IMG/VR virus record: IMGVR_UViG_3300033182_000769
Coordinates: 96,010 to 160,009 of that record
Reading direction: 5' to 3' (one strand)
Length of the DNA stretch: 64,000 nucleotides
Source of the DNA: a virus
Part shown: one piece after another, positions 50,191-58,746 of the stretch
Layout of the letters: each line of letters begins with the position of its first letter
Numbering within the stretch: position 1 is the first letter of the stretch
Program-made: the position numbers and the translations under genes
The notes under the pieces: generated by a model
The model's input: only the letters and a program-made list of their open reading frames with translations
The model's database searches: none
What the model was told of the DNA's origin: nothing

Positions 50191-50654
50191 AAATACTAAT
50201 CTGTGGTCTACCAGGATCAGGTAAGACTACGCTTGCAGAACCATTTGCAAAATTAATTGGCGCAGTATGGATTAATGCTGACTCTGTAAGAAGAGAGTAT
50301 GACGACTGGGATTTTACTACAGAAGGTCGTATTAGACAAGCACAACGTATGCGCTACTTGGCAGATGGCATTGTTAAAGCGGGTAAGGTGTGTGTAGCAG
50401 ACTTTGTTGCGCCTACTAAAAAAGCACGTGATGAGTTTGAAGCAGATTACGTTGTATGGATGGACACTGTTAAGAAATCACGAAGTGTGAATGGACCAGC
50501 AGCAGAAGGAAGTACATACGCACAGACTGATGCAATGTATGAGCCGTTAAATAAAGATGAGTACAATTATCATGTATCCGAGTGGTTTGACGATACACAT
50601 CAACAACTTGTAAAAGTTGTTTCTGAATATATAGTGAAGGAAGATAATGTTTGA
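50187..50654 (+). CDS. Adenylylsulfate kinase (CysC)-like P-loop kinase
   Basis: GLPGSGKTT, NADSVR, DWDF..EGR.RQ, DFVAP. Confidence 0.75.
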   Translation: MKILICGLPGSGKTTLAEPFAKLIGAVWINADSVRREYDDWDFTTEGRIRQAQRMRYLADGIVKAGKVCVADFVAPTKKARDEFEADYVVWMDTVKKSRSVNGPAAEGSTYAQTDAMYEPLNKDEYNYHVSEWFDDTHQQLVKVVSEYIVKEDNV

Positions 50655-51057
50655 TTGGAAAAAGCCCACTACACAAATATTAGGTAGATGGCAACCGTGG
50701 CATGATGGCCACACTGCATTGTTTAAAAAAGCACTTGCTGAAACCGGCCAAGTGTGTATTATGGTTCGTGATGTAGGCGGAATCGTAGGTGAAGATGCCG
50801 GCGCAGGTCGTACCGTAGCTCAAGATGATAACCCGTTCCATTGGCAGCAAGTAAAAGCAAATATTACTCAGGCGCTTTGGGATGAAGGATTTTTAGAAAA
50901 CGAAGACTACGTTATTATGCAGGTGCCTAATATCGTTGATATTAGTTACGGACGTGGCGTTGGTTATACCTTTACTCAACATGATTTAGGTGAAGAGATT
51001 CACAGCATTAGTGCTACTAAAATTAGAGCACAATTAAGGGAAGAAGGCAAACTTTGA
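50647..51057 (+). CDS. HxGH nucleotidylyltransferase (cytidylyltransferase-like)
   Basis: GRWQPWHDGH, NPF, GRGVGY, ISATKIR. Confidence 0.8.
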   Translation: MFDWKKPTTQILGRWQPWHDGHTALFKKALAETGQVCIMVRDVGGIVGEDAGAGRTVAQDDNPFHWQQVKANITQALWDEGFLENEDYVIMQVPNIVDISYGRGVGYTFTQHDLGEEIHSISATKIRAQLREEGKL

Positions 51058-51227
51058 AACACTTAAACCGTAAATGGAATAGTTTATCAGATCTAAAAGA
51101 TTACTTTGAAAAGAATAAAGAAGAAACAGTTCTTGACTTTGACGGATTATCTTTGACGACAAACAAAGGCGTTTACGGTTTATTTAATAGCCACTTATCG
51201 TTTATGAAGAGGGGACGAGATGCCTGA
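51054..51227 (+). CDS. Small hypothetical protein, 57 aa, absent from ORF track
   Basis: TTG start overlapping the previous stop; MKHLNRKWNSLSDLKDYF...DG..LTTNKGVY resembles 49990..50190. Confidence 0.65.
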   Translation: MKHLNRKWNSLSDLKDYFEKNKEETVLDFDGLSLTTNKGVYGLFNSHLSFMKRGRDA

Positions 51228-51855
51228 TTTCAATGTAATTCCACTATGGGTAACTCCGTTATATGTAGGAACAATACCTACAGCACATTCCTTTGTAGAT
51301 AAACTAAAAAATGTAGATTGGAAACGTCCAGATACAGATAATGGGTTTGTAACTACCAATACTTACCTTTTAGATCAGACTGAGTTTAAAAATTTAAAAA
51401 CAGCAGTAACTGATCATATTGAGACTTATGTTAGGGAGGTTTGTAATTTTGATCATAATATTAAATTTTATATTACAAACAGTTGGGGAACTAAACATAC
51501 TAAAGGTGACTGGGCAATAAAGCACTTCCATCCTAACTCATTATTTTCGGGTGTGTTATATTTGCAATGCGATCCAAACTCAGGAGAAATTGTTTTTTAT
51601 CAAAATTCAGGTTTCTCGACATTGGTTCCACAAACTTTTGAGTTTGACTTTTCACAACAAAATATGTATAATAGTACTAAGTATTCGGTTAACCCAAAGG
51701 ATGATATGATAGTGTTATTTCCTTCACACCTTGAACATAGTGTGAACATTTCACAGAGTGATCATACAAGGTTAGCCATCGCTTTTAACGTTTTTGTTAA
51801 TGGAACACTTGGAAAGAACAATCCAGAGAACATTTCAGATTTAAGGTTATACTGA
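51220..51855 (+). CDS. 2OG-Fe(II) oxygenase, TIGR02466-like
   Basis: NSW, HFHPNS.FSGVLY, FPSHLEH, R.AIAFN. Confidence 0.85.
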   Translation: MPDFNVIPLWVTPLYVGTIPTAHSFVDKLKNVDWKRPDTDNGFVTTNTYLLDQTEFKNLKTAVTDHIETYVREVCNFDHNIKFYITNSWGTKHTKGDWAIKHFHPNSLFSGVLYLQCDPNSGEIVFYQNSGFSTLVPQTFEFDFSQQNMYNSTKYSVNPKDDMIVLFPSHLEHSVNISQSDHTRLAIAFNVFVNGTLGKNNPENISDLRLY

Positions 51856-52436
51856 TGCCAGATATTGATATTGACTTTGTAAATAGAGAAAAAGCATTAA
51901 AATTGTTTAAGCATACTCGTGCATCTCGCATCGACGACGGAAAATTAGTTAAGCATAACACAGGTGTGTATATGCATCCTGTTCCTGTAAATGCAGAGAC
52001 AAATTTATGTGCTGTTCCATATAATGAAGCAGAAGAACAAGGATATTTTAAATTAGATTTTCTTAACGTAAATCTATACAACGGTGTTCGCGATGAAGAA
52101 CATCTTATACAACTTATGGAAAGGGAACCAGAATGGCAACTACTGGAGCACGACGATTTCACAAACTTGCTCTTTCACGTCAACGGTCATGGAGACATCT
52201 TGCGCAAGTTGCAGCCAAAGTCAGTGGAGCAACTGGCAGCAGTCTTAGCCATGATACGGCCAGCGAAGAGACATCTACTGGAAGAGAGTTGGACGACGAT
52301 AATGAACGAAGTGTGGACAAAGCCCGACGGGGATGAATATTATTTTAAGAAGTCACACGCCACTGCGTATGCTGTAGGTATTGTAGTTCAGATGAATTTA
52401 ATTTGCGAAACTGCTACGTCTTCTTTACAAGAGTAA
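51855..52436 (+). CDS. Minimal DNA polymerase III alpha (DnaE) core fragment
   Basis: PDIDIDF, HNTGVY, GYFKLDFL, LAMIRP, YYFKKSHATAYA. Confidence 0.85.
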   Translation: MPDIDIDFVNREKALKLFKHTRASRIDDGKLVKHNTGVYMHPVPVNAETNLCAVPYNEAEEQGYFKLDFLNVNLYNGVRDEEHLIQLMEREPEWQLLEHDDFTNLLFHVNGHGDILRKLQPKSVEQLAAVLAMIRPAKRHLLEESWTTIMNEVWTKPDGDEYYFKKSHATAYAVGIVVQMNLICETATSSLQE

Positions 52437-52782
52437 TTGATTTACGCTTAATTCTTTTTACGATAATATCATTTAGACTTGTACACGGTCCTAACAATAC
52501 TTTTACATCTTTCGTTGTGAAGTTCTTTATTGCGTATCTAAAACCACTAATTTCTTTTGATAGGAAAATGTTAATTGGGATTTGCCTGTTTGATTCCCAC
52601 CACCATGCTTCTCCTAACTCTAAGAATCGTGCTTTTTCTTCTTCTGTACGGATTGATTGGTAATCGTAAAGACTCGTGACATTAGCATCCTGGTTGATGA
52701 TAATGCCAACATATTCTTGATCGGTGTGATTAATTACACTGATAAATGGAAAGTTTTCTTGTAGGTTCTCTGTTATTCTCAT
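52414..52782 (-). CDS. Hypothetical protein
   Basis: WWWESNRQIPINIFL motif; plausible ORF. Confidence 0.7.
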   Translation of the reverse strand: MRITENLQENFPFISVINHTDQEYVGIIINQDANVTSLYDYQSIRTEEEKARFLELGEAWWWESNRQIPINIFLSKEISGFRYAIKNFTTKDVKVLLGPCTSLNDIIVKRIKRKSITLVKKT

Positions 52783-52813
52783 TCGATAAATATATTGTAA
52801 AAGGTAACTATCT

Positions 52814-53689
52814 ATGCAAAGTAGCTCTGTTTATTTATATCCAAATATTTTAGACGTATATCGTTTGGATGCGTCATGGACCAACGAGAGGTATCGTAAA
52901 GTGTACAATCGCAATCTTAAAATTTTCCGTAGTGTTGATAACAGGATCGACCTTCAGGTAAGAAATCCTGATCAAAAAACAAGAAACGTTGTTGGTACAA
53001 CGTTAGTATTTAATCTTTTGAGCAAAGAACGAGATTTAATTATTCAGAAAGACTGTTCAATTGATGATGCTTCAATTGGGCGTTTATACGTTACGCTCGA
53101 TCGCACAGAAGTACTCGATTTAGAAGAAGGATTTTACGATTACAACATTGTACAGGAAACAAGAGACGTTAACGGTGTAGTTCTAACAAAAACGCCATTG
53201 TACGTTGATACATGGTTTGGTGCTATTGGAACTATTGAAGTAGCAGGCGATTTACAAGGTACGTTAGATGATACCGTAGTAGTTGATACGTTTGCTCGTG
53301 TTGTTGATTTTGATAAAAATTTAGCAACAGATGGATCTACTCCTCCTCTTAATTTACCAAGACCAAACTACGCAAGAAACACCTCATCTGATAGATTTGC
53401 AGAATTTTACACAAGCGAAGTTATTGACGCTAAACCACACATGGGGACTTCGTCATCGTTACACACATTTCAATTTTATTTTACAAACTACTTAGGTGAT
53501 GTTAAAATACAAGGTAGTATTAATCCGCAAGGCGCTTCTCCACAAGCCGGCGACTGGCAAGACTTAGCAACAATTGATCCGTCCACAGAAAATTATAAAA
53601 ACATTACCGGAAAATGGAATTGGTTTAGAATTAAACACACGCCAGACGAATTGAACACAGGATCGGTTGACAAAATACTGTATAGATAA
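52814..53689 (+). CDS. Hypothetical protein, probably structural
   Basis: Beta-rich; ATAAATA upstream; ends GSVDKILYR. Confidence 0.6.
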   Translation: MQSSSVYLYPNILDVYRLDASWTNERYRKVYNRNLKIFRSVDNRIDLQVRNPDQKTRNVVGTTLVFNLLSKERDLIIQKDCSIDDASIGRLYVTLDRTEVLDLEEGFYDYNIVQETRDVNGVVLTKTPLYVDTWFGAIGTIEVAGDLQGTLDDTVVVDTFARVVDFDKNLATDGSTPPLNLPRPNYARNTSSDRFAEFYTSEVIDAKPHMGTSSSLHTFQFYFTNYLGDVKIQGSINPQGASPQAGDWQDLATIDPSTENYKNITGKWNWFRIKHTPDELNTGSVDKILYR

Positions 53690-53695
53690 TATACT
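53667..53695 (+). promoter_or_regulatory. Sigma70 promoter, leaderless geometry
   Basis: TTGACA-17-TATACT; ATG follows after a 6-nt gap. Confidence 0.8.
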
Positions 53696-53701
53696 TACAG
53701 T

Positions 53702-54727
53702 ATGGCATTCGTTTTAGATAAATTCAAATCGTTACTTCCCGCACGAGCAAAATCGAGCCCAAGTGGTTGGACAAGTTTTAATGCTCCGTGCTGCCAACAT
53801 CGAGGACACGCAGCAGATAAACGTAAGAGAGGCGGAGTTCGATTTGACACTGGCGTAGTTTATAATTGTTTTAACTGCAAATACACTGCAAGTTGGCAAC
53901 CCGGAAGACCACTTAGCAACAAGTTTAAAAATCTTTGTAAGTGGCTTGGTGCAAGCGATGATGATATTAAAGTTATGGTATTTGAAGCACTAAAGACCGA
54001 ATCGCCAGAATATGAAATAAAACAATTTGAAGAAAAGATAACGTTTACCGAAAAAGAACTTCCGCAAGGATCATTACCAATTGCAGAATGGTTAGATGTA
54101 GAGTTAGAGAACGATCAAGCAATACAGTTAGCAGCAGTTGTAGAGTACATCTTAGAGCGTGGATTTAACCCTACAAGCGGAGATTTTTATTGGAGTCCGC
54201 TTAATGGTTACGAGTATAGAGTTATTGTTCCTTTTAAATATCACGGAAAGATTGTAGGAAACACTGCTCGTAAGGTTAAGTCAGGAAATCCAAAATATCT
54301 TTCAGATCAACATCCGCATTTTGTGTTTAATGTTGACAATCAAAAAGAAGATCAAAAATATGTGTTTGTTGTTGAAGGTCCGTTTGATGCTATGAGTATT
54401 GGCGGAGTCGCACTGCTCACCAACGATATTCACGAACAACAACAGAAGATAATTAATAGTTTAGAAAGCAAAGTGATTGTTATACCTGATCAAGATTTAG
54501 CAGGAATAAATCTTATAAACAAGGCTGCTGAATTAGGATGGAGTGTAGCATTTCCAAATTGGGAAGATGATGTAAAAGACGTTGCAGATGCTATACAAAA
54601 GTATGGAAAACTATTTGTAATGGTAGATGCTATTGAATCTGCACAGCATCATATAGCCAGTATAAACATTGAAAAGAATAAGCACCAACAGAAGTTAGAA
54701 AGGTTAGAAGATGAAAAGAATAATTGA
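53702..54727 (+). CDS. DNA primase (Zn finger + TOPRIM)
   Basis: PCC...YNCFNC, RVIVP, PKYL, VVEGPFDA, PDQD.AG, KDVAD. Confidence 0.9.
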   Translation: MAFVLDKFKSLLPARAKSSPSGWTSFNAPCCQHRGHAADKRKRGGVRFDTGVVYNCFNCKYTASWQPGRPLSNKFKNLCKWLGASDDDIKVMVFEALKTESPEYEIKQFEEKITFTEKELPQGSLPIAEWLDVELENDQAIQLAAVVEYILERGFNPTSGDFYWSPLNGYEYRVIVPFKYHGKIVGNTARKVKSGNPKYLSDQHPHFVFNVDNQKEDQKYVFVVEGPFDAMSIGGVALLTNDIHEQQQKIINSLESKVIVIPDQDLAGINLINKAAELGWSVAFPNWEDDVKDVADAIQKYGKLFVMVDAIESAQHHIASINIEKNKHQQKLERLEDEKNN

Positions 54728-54824
54728 ATGGTTACTCACTCCGTATCGTAAATGGAAAGAGTCTCGAGAATTTAAAAAGCGTGTAGAAGAAATGCGCAAA
54801 AAGGATCCGTTCATTTACAAATGA
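54711..54824 (+). CDS. 37-aa basic peptide (MKRIIEWLLTPYRKW...KKDPFIYK), absent from ORF track
   Basis: Overlaps the primase end; ATGA-coupled to the next gene. Confidence 0.6.
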   Translation: MKRIIEWLLTPYRKWKESREFKKRVEEMRKKDPFIYK

Positions 54825-55355
54825 TCACTTGGGGTATTTCAGCAAACAGTCACGACGCAGCACTGGCAGTATTTGTAGATAACGAGTTAGTATTTGCAAG
54901 CCACTCTGAGCGATTTAGTGGTATCAAAAACGATCCCGACTTGCATAAAGATTTAGTCGAGTATGCAAGACAGTGGGGCTATCCAAATAAAGTAGTATGG
55001 TATGAAAACCCATACAAAAAGACATTAAGACAATTTTTAGCAGGACAAGGATTTAATTATGAGAGAAACAATATCAAACATTATCTTAGCACTTGGGGCA
55101 TACATTGTCCTATCGTTTATGTTAATCACCATGATAGTCATGTTGCCGGTGGCTATTTTACTTCTAATTTTACTTCTGCCGCTTGCGTTAGTATTGATGC
55201 AATTGGAGAATTCGAAACCCTTACTATATGGAAGGCAAGATCGAAAAAATTAAAAAGAGTATATAGTCAAAGGTATGCCAATAGTGAATAATGAGCAAGA
55301 TGCGGAAGAATTTTCTAAATTATACAATGTTAGAGTATTGACAGGAAGCAAGTAA
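54821..55355 (+). pseudogene. Carbamoyltransferase (NodU/CmcH family) with a large internal deletion
   Basis: N-terminal HDAA, ERFSGIKND, HHDSH, DAIGE joined out of frame to a C-terminal-like KGMPIVNNEQDAEEFSKLYNV (55269..55355). Confidence 0.75.
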
Positions 55356-55366
55356 GAGCATATAAT
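55338..55366 (+). promoter_or_regulatory. Consensus sigma70 promoter, leaderless geometry
   Basis: TTGACA-17-TATAAT; ATG follows after a 6-nt gap. Confidence 0.85.
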
Positions 55367-55372
55367 AGTATC

Positions 55373-56818
55373 ATGAGCATAAAGAATTACGATTACGAAG
55401 TACAAAAATTATATTTAGAAATGATGCTAAGTGACGCAGAAACATTTGTGCGTTGCCAGGGCATTTTCGACAGCCAACTATTTGATAGAAAACTACAAGA
55501 GGCTGCAGAGTTCATTAACGTCTATGCAAAAGAATATTCAACACTGCCCGAATATGATATGGTCAATGCAAGTTGCAGAGTAGATTTAAAAAGACCAGAA
55601 GAAGTTAAAGAAGGACACCTCGACTGGCTCATGGACGACTTTGAGCAGTTTACACGTCATAAAGCACTTGAGAAAGCAATTGTAAACAGTGCAGATCTAC
55701 TCGACAAAGGTGACTACGGCGAAGTAGAAAATATGGTAAAAGCGGCAGTACAGATTGGTCTTGCTAAAGACATGGGTACTGATTATTTTGCTGATCCTAA
55801 AGGTCGATTAATGGGACTAAAGGATAAGAACGGACAAATTAGCACAGGCTGGCCAACACTTGATAAAAGATTGTTTGGTGGTTTTAACAGAGGTGAACTA
55901 AACATCTTTGCAGGTGGATCTGGTGCAGGTAAGTCGTTATTCTTAGCAAATCTCGGTGTTAACTGGGCACTACAAGGGTTAAATGTTTGTTACTTAACAC
56001 TTGAACTTTCAGAAGCACTTGTTAGTATGCGTGTTGATAGTATGCTTACAGGAATTAACACACGAAACATTTTTAAAGATCTTGACGAGGTTGAAATGAA
56101 AGTTAAGATGATTGGCAAGAAGTCGGGCGCATTCCAAGTTAAGTATATGCCAAGTGGTAAGAACGCAAACGACATTCGTGCGTACTTAAAAGAATATGAA
56201 ATTAAAATGGGTCGTAAGGTAGACGTATTACTTGTAGACTATCTTGATTTGCTTATGCCTATTTCAAGACGTGTTGCACCAAGTGACTTGTTTATTAAAG
56301 ACAAATTTGTATCTGAAGAACTGCGTAACCTTGCAATGGAACTGCAATGTGTATTTGTAACAGCATCGCAGTTAAACAGAGCAGCAGTTGAAGAAGTTGA
56401 ATTTGATCATTCACACATTTCAGGCGGTTTAAGTAAGATTCAAACAGCAGATAACGTTATTGGTATCTTTACATCGAGAGCAATGCGTGAACGTGGACGC
56501 TATCAAATCCAGTTAATGAAAACACGTTCGTCAAGCGGCGTGGGCATGAAAGTAGATCTTGAGTTTGATATTGAAACTCTACGTATTACAGATTTGCCAG
56601 AAGATGAACAAGAAAGTACAAGCGGCGCAAACAGAGGCACAAGTTCAATTATTGACAACATTAAACGCAAAACAGAAGTATCAAGTTCAGATACCGACGA
56701 GCGGTCAAGTGATCCTACTGAAGGATCTCCTATAGGCAAAGTTAGAGGCAAAGTCGAAAGCACTAAGTTACGAGAGTTACTTGGTAATCTAAGTGGTGAT
56801 GACGATGAAGACTTCTAA
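55373..56818 (+). CDS. Replicative helicase (DnaB / T4 gp41-like)
   Basis: GGSGAGKS, TLELSE, VDYLDL, TASQLNR, KTR. Confidence 0.93.
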   Translation: MSIKNYDYEVQKLYLEMMLSDAETFVRCQGIFDSQLFDRKLQEAAEFINVYAKEYSTLPEYDMVNASCRVDLKRPEEVKEGHLDWLMDDFEQFTRHKALEKAIVNSADLLDKGDYGEVENMVKAAVQIGLAKDMGTDYFADPKGRLMGLKDKNGQISTGWPTLDKRLFGGFNRGELNIFAGGSGAGKSLFLANLGVNWALQGLNVCYLTLELSEALVSMRVDSMLTGINTRNIFKDLDEVEMKVKMIGKKSGAFQVKYMPSGKNANDIRAYLKEYEIKMGRKVDVLLVDYLDLLMPISRRVAPSDLFIKDKFVSEELRNLAMELQCVFVTASQLNRAAVEEVEFDHSHISGGLSKIQTADNVIGIFTSRAMRERGRYQIQLMKTRSSSGVGMKVDLEFDIETLRITDLPEDEQESTSGANRGTSSIIDNIKRKTEVSSSDTDERSSDPTEGSPIGKVRGKVESTKLRELLGNLSGDDDEDF

Positions 56819-57065
56819 GACTATATTATACCGTTGGCCAAATCCATCCGGGCTTGCTGAAATTTTAAACGATGGTGGTCTTGATATTGACTGGCCTTTA
56901 GTAAAAAGAGAATGTGGTGAAGATTGTGTAGAGTGGCTACTAAAACAAGATAACGCAAAGTGCCAACTCAGTTTAGAATTTTCTCAAAGCGGATACAAAC
57001 AATTAATTGCTGAATTTTTTGATGAAAAGGTTGCTGTTTCGTACCACATGATGTGGGCTAAATAG
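56802..57065 (+). CDS. Hypothetical protein
   Basis: In-operon ORF; start uncertain. Confidence 0.55.
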   Translation, partial: TMKTSKTILYRWPNPSGLAEILNDGGLDIDWPLVKRECGEDCVEWLLKQDNAKCQLSLEFSQSGYKQLIAEFFDEKVAVSYHMMWAK

Positions 57066-57068
57066 TAT

Positions 57069-57788
57069 ATGCACATTAAAGAAGTACTTCTCGAAAGACG
57101 TTTACAAACAGTCAAAGTAAGAAAAAACCTAAACCCGTTAATTTGGGAAGGTGGCGATCTCAAACCTGAAGTTCACGATAAACTATTAAAAATTGCAGAA
57201 GCATTTGAAGAATTTGTTGGTGTTGATCTTAACGTGATAGATCTAACACTTACAGGGTCAAATGCAAATTTCACATGGAACAAACACAGTGACATTGACT
57301 TACATTTAATTGTGCCAGGCGTACCGTCGGATGCAGAACGTGAACTGTATACAGCAAAGAAAGCCCTATGGGCAGAGCAACACGACATTACTATTAAAGG
57401 GTTACCAGTTGAATGCTATGTACAAGGAGAAGACGAACCGCATCACAGTACAGGCGTATACAGTCTCGAAAAGCAAGATTGGATTGACCAGCCTGAAAAA
57501 GTAAAACCAGATGTTAGCGATTCAAGTGTAAGTGCTAAACTTGATCATTTAAGTAGATTAGCAAACACAGCACTTGTTAATCGTGATCTCGAACAATTAA
57601 AACTGGTTAAAGATAAGATCACACAAATGCGCAAGGCAGGTCTTGAGCGTGGGGGCGAGTGGTCAGTAGAGAACCTTGTATTCAAAGCATTACGTAATAC
57701 AGGTATTATTGATAAACTTGCCGAAGTTATTCGTGAACTTGAAGATGAAGAATTAAGTCTCGAACAAATGGCCCAGCCCTTAGACTGA
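57069..57788 (+). CDS. Pol-beta-superfamily nucleotidyltransferase
   Basis: LTGSNAN..W...SDIDLH, VECYVQ, GVYS, RKAGL..GGEWSVENLVFK.LR. Confidence 0.82.
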   Translation: MHIKEVLLERRLQTVKVRKNLNPLIWEGGDLKPEVHDKLLKIAEAFEEFVGVDLNVIDLTLTGSNANFTWNKHSDIDLHLIVPGVPSDAERELYTAKKALWAEQHDITIKGLPVECYVQGEDEPHHSTGVYSLEKQDWIDQPEKVKPDVSDSSVSAKLDHLSRLANTALVNRDLEQLKLVKDKITQMRKAGLERGGEWSVENLVFKALRNTGIIDKLAEVIRELEDEELSLEQMAQPLD

Positions 57789-57789
57789 T

Positions 57790-57945
57790 ATGGACATACT
57801 CACAGGATTAACTTTCCCACTCATTGATACAGAAGACAAATCAGACTATCCTACAACAGGCGAGCCGTTGCTTGACTGGCTTTTATTTGTGGGGATTTGT
57901 CTATTAGGAATTACAATCCTAATATTAACAAAAGATGATGATTAA
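57790..57945 (+). CDS. 51-aa single-pass membrane peptide, absent from ORF track
   Basis: Starts 1 nt after the previous stop; hydrophobic WLLFVGICLLGITILIL. Confidence 0.5.
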   Translation: MDILTGLTFPLIDTEDKSDYPTTGEPLLDWLLFVGICLLGITILILTKDDD

Positions 57946-58163
57946 CGTCCGCGCTGTTTAATTAAACGCTTAGTTTCAGTATACTCTTCAACAAAACCAT
58001 TCCACGCTTGACCAGTAGTAATAGACATTTTTCTTGCTAAGTCGTCTGCTGCTTTTTGGCAGTCTTTAACTTGATCGAGACGAAAACGTGTACCATAAAG
58101 ATTTTGTGTCTTTACAGTTTGTCTTGTTGCAGCGTTACGTGCTTTCGGGATTAAGTAATTCAT
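57942..58163 (-). CDS. Small basic hypothetical protein
   Basis: Start reassigned to the ATG 5 nt after TAAATA. Confidence 0.65.
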   Translation of the reverse strand: MNYLIPKARNAATRQTVKTQNLYGTRFRLDQVKDCQKAADDLARKMSITTGQAWNGFVEEYTETKRLIKQRGR

Positions 58164-58179
58164 AATACTATTTATCCCC

Positions 58180-58298
58180 GTAGGTGGGAGTTTGCAATTG
58201 TGCAGTGGATCAGTAAGTCGCTTCACTATATTAGCAAGTCTATAACCAAGCGCATTCTGACAATTGTTCGCCTATGATTCGCACTGCACAATTGCTGT
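58180..58298 (-). ncRNA. Candidate structured non-coding RNA
   Basis: Perfect 14-bp inverted repeat (58194-58207 / 58282-58295) with an internal CGCTT/AAGCG stem; TAAATA promoter at 58304-58309 with no ATG at +1. Confidence 0.5.
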
Positions 58299-58359
58299 AT
58301 AAGTATTTACAACGATAACAAAATTCACGGTTAAAATAGGCTTTTTTTGTAAAACTATT

Positions 58360-58575
58360 ATGCTTACACTTGAAACATCACAAACAGAATCAAACGGATT
58401 AATTACTGCTGTTATTGCGGGTCCGCAAGGCCGCATACGGTTTAACGACCTCGTTTGGATAGTTGATAGGGATGATATTCTTGATATTTACTATTGGGAA
58501 GCGTGGGGTGTTATGCAAGGAGCATATCACTGTTGTTTTTCAATTCCGGGTAAAATTGCGCTTCTGCCGCCATAA
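58360..58575 (+). CDS. Hypothetical protein
   Basis: Fills the gap; overlaps the next gene convergently by 36 nt. Confidence 0.4.
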   Translation: MLTLETSQTESNGLITAVIAGPQGRIRFNDLVWIVDRDDILDIYYWEAWGVMQGAYHCCFSIPGKIALLPP

Positions 58576-58746
58576 GAACCACGGTGTTAAATGTGCAAGA
58601 AACATTATAAACCACATTGCAGGCATTTCCCAAAATGACCCACCGCACATAGTTGCTTGCATACCCTGCGAGTTTAAAATACTCCAAAAGAACCCGATAA
58701 GAAACAACGGACTTGGTGCAAGTGTTAATAACGTGTACATATTCAT
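58540..58746 (-). CDS. Small two-helix membrane protein
   Basis: ATGA-coupled; hydrophobic; M..MW..M.LAH..PW. Confidence 0.6.
   Translation of the reverse strand: MNMYTLLTLAPSPLFLIGFFWSILNSQGMQATMCGGSFWEMPAMWFIMFLAHLTPWFLWRQKRNFTRN

Noticed and set aside
55261-55291. Programmed frameshift restoring the carbamoyltransferase
   Set aside because: The shifted product would still be under 200 aa and lack most of the enzyme; deletion explains the junction better.
27592-56818. Inteins or introns in terminase, UvsX or helicases
   Set aside because: Lengths are normal and no splicing or LAGLIDADG motifs were seen.
58180-58298. tRNA
   Set aside because: No cloverleaf, T-loop (GTTCRA) or CCA end.
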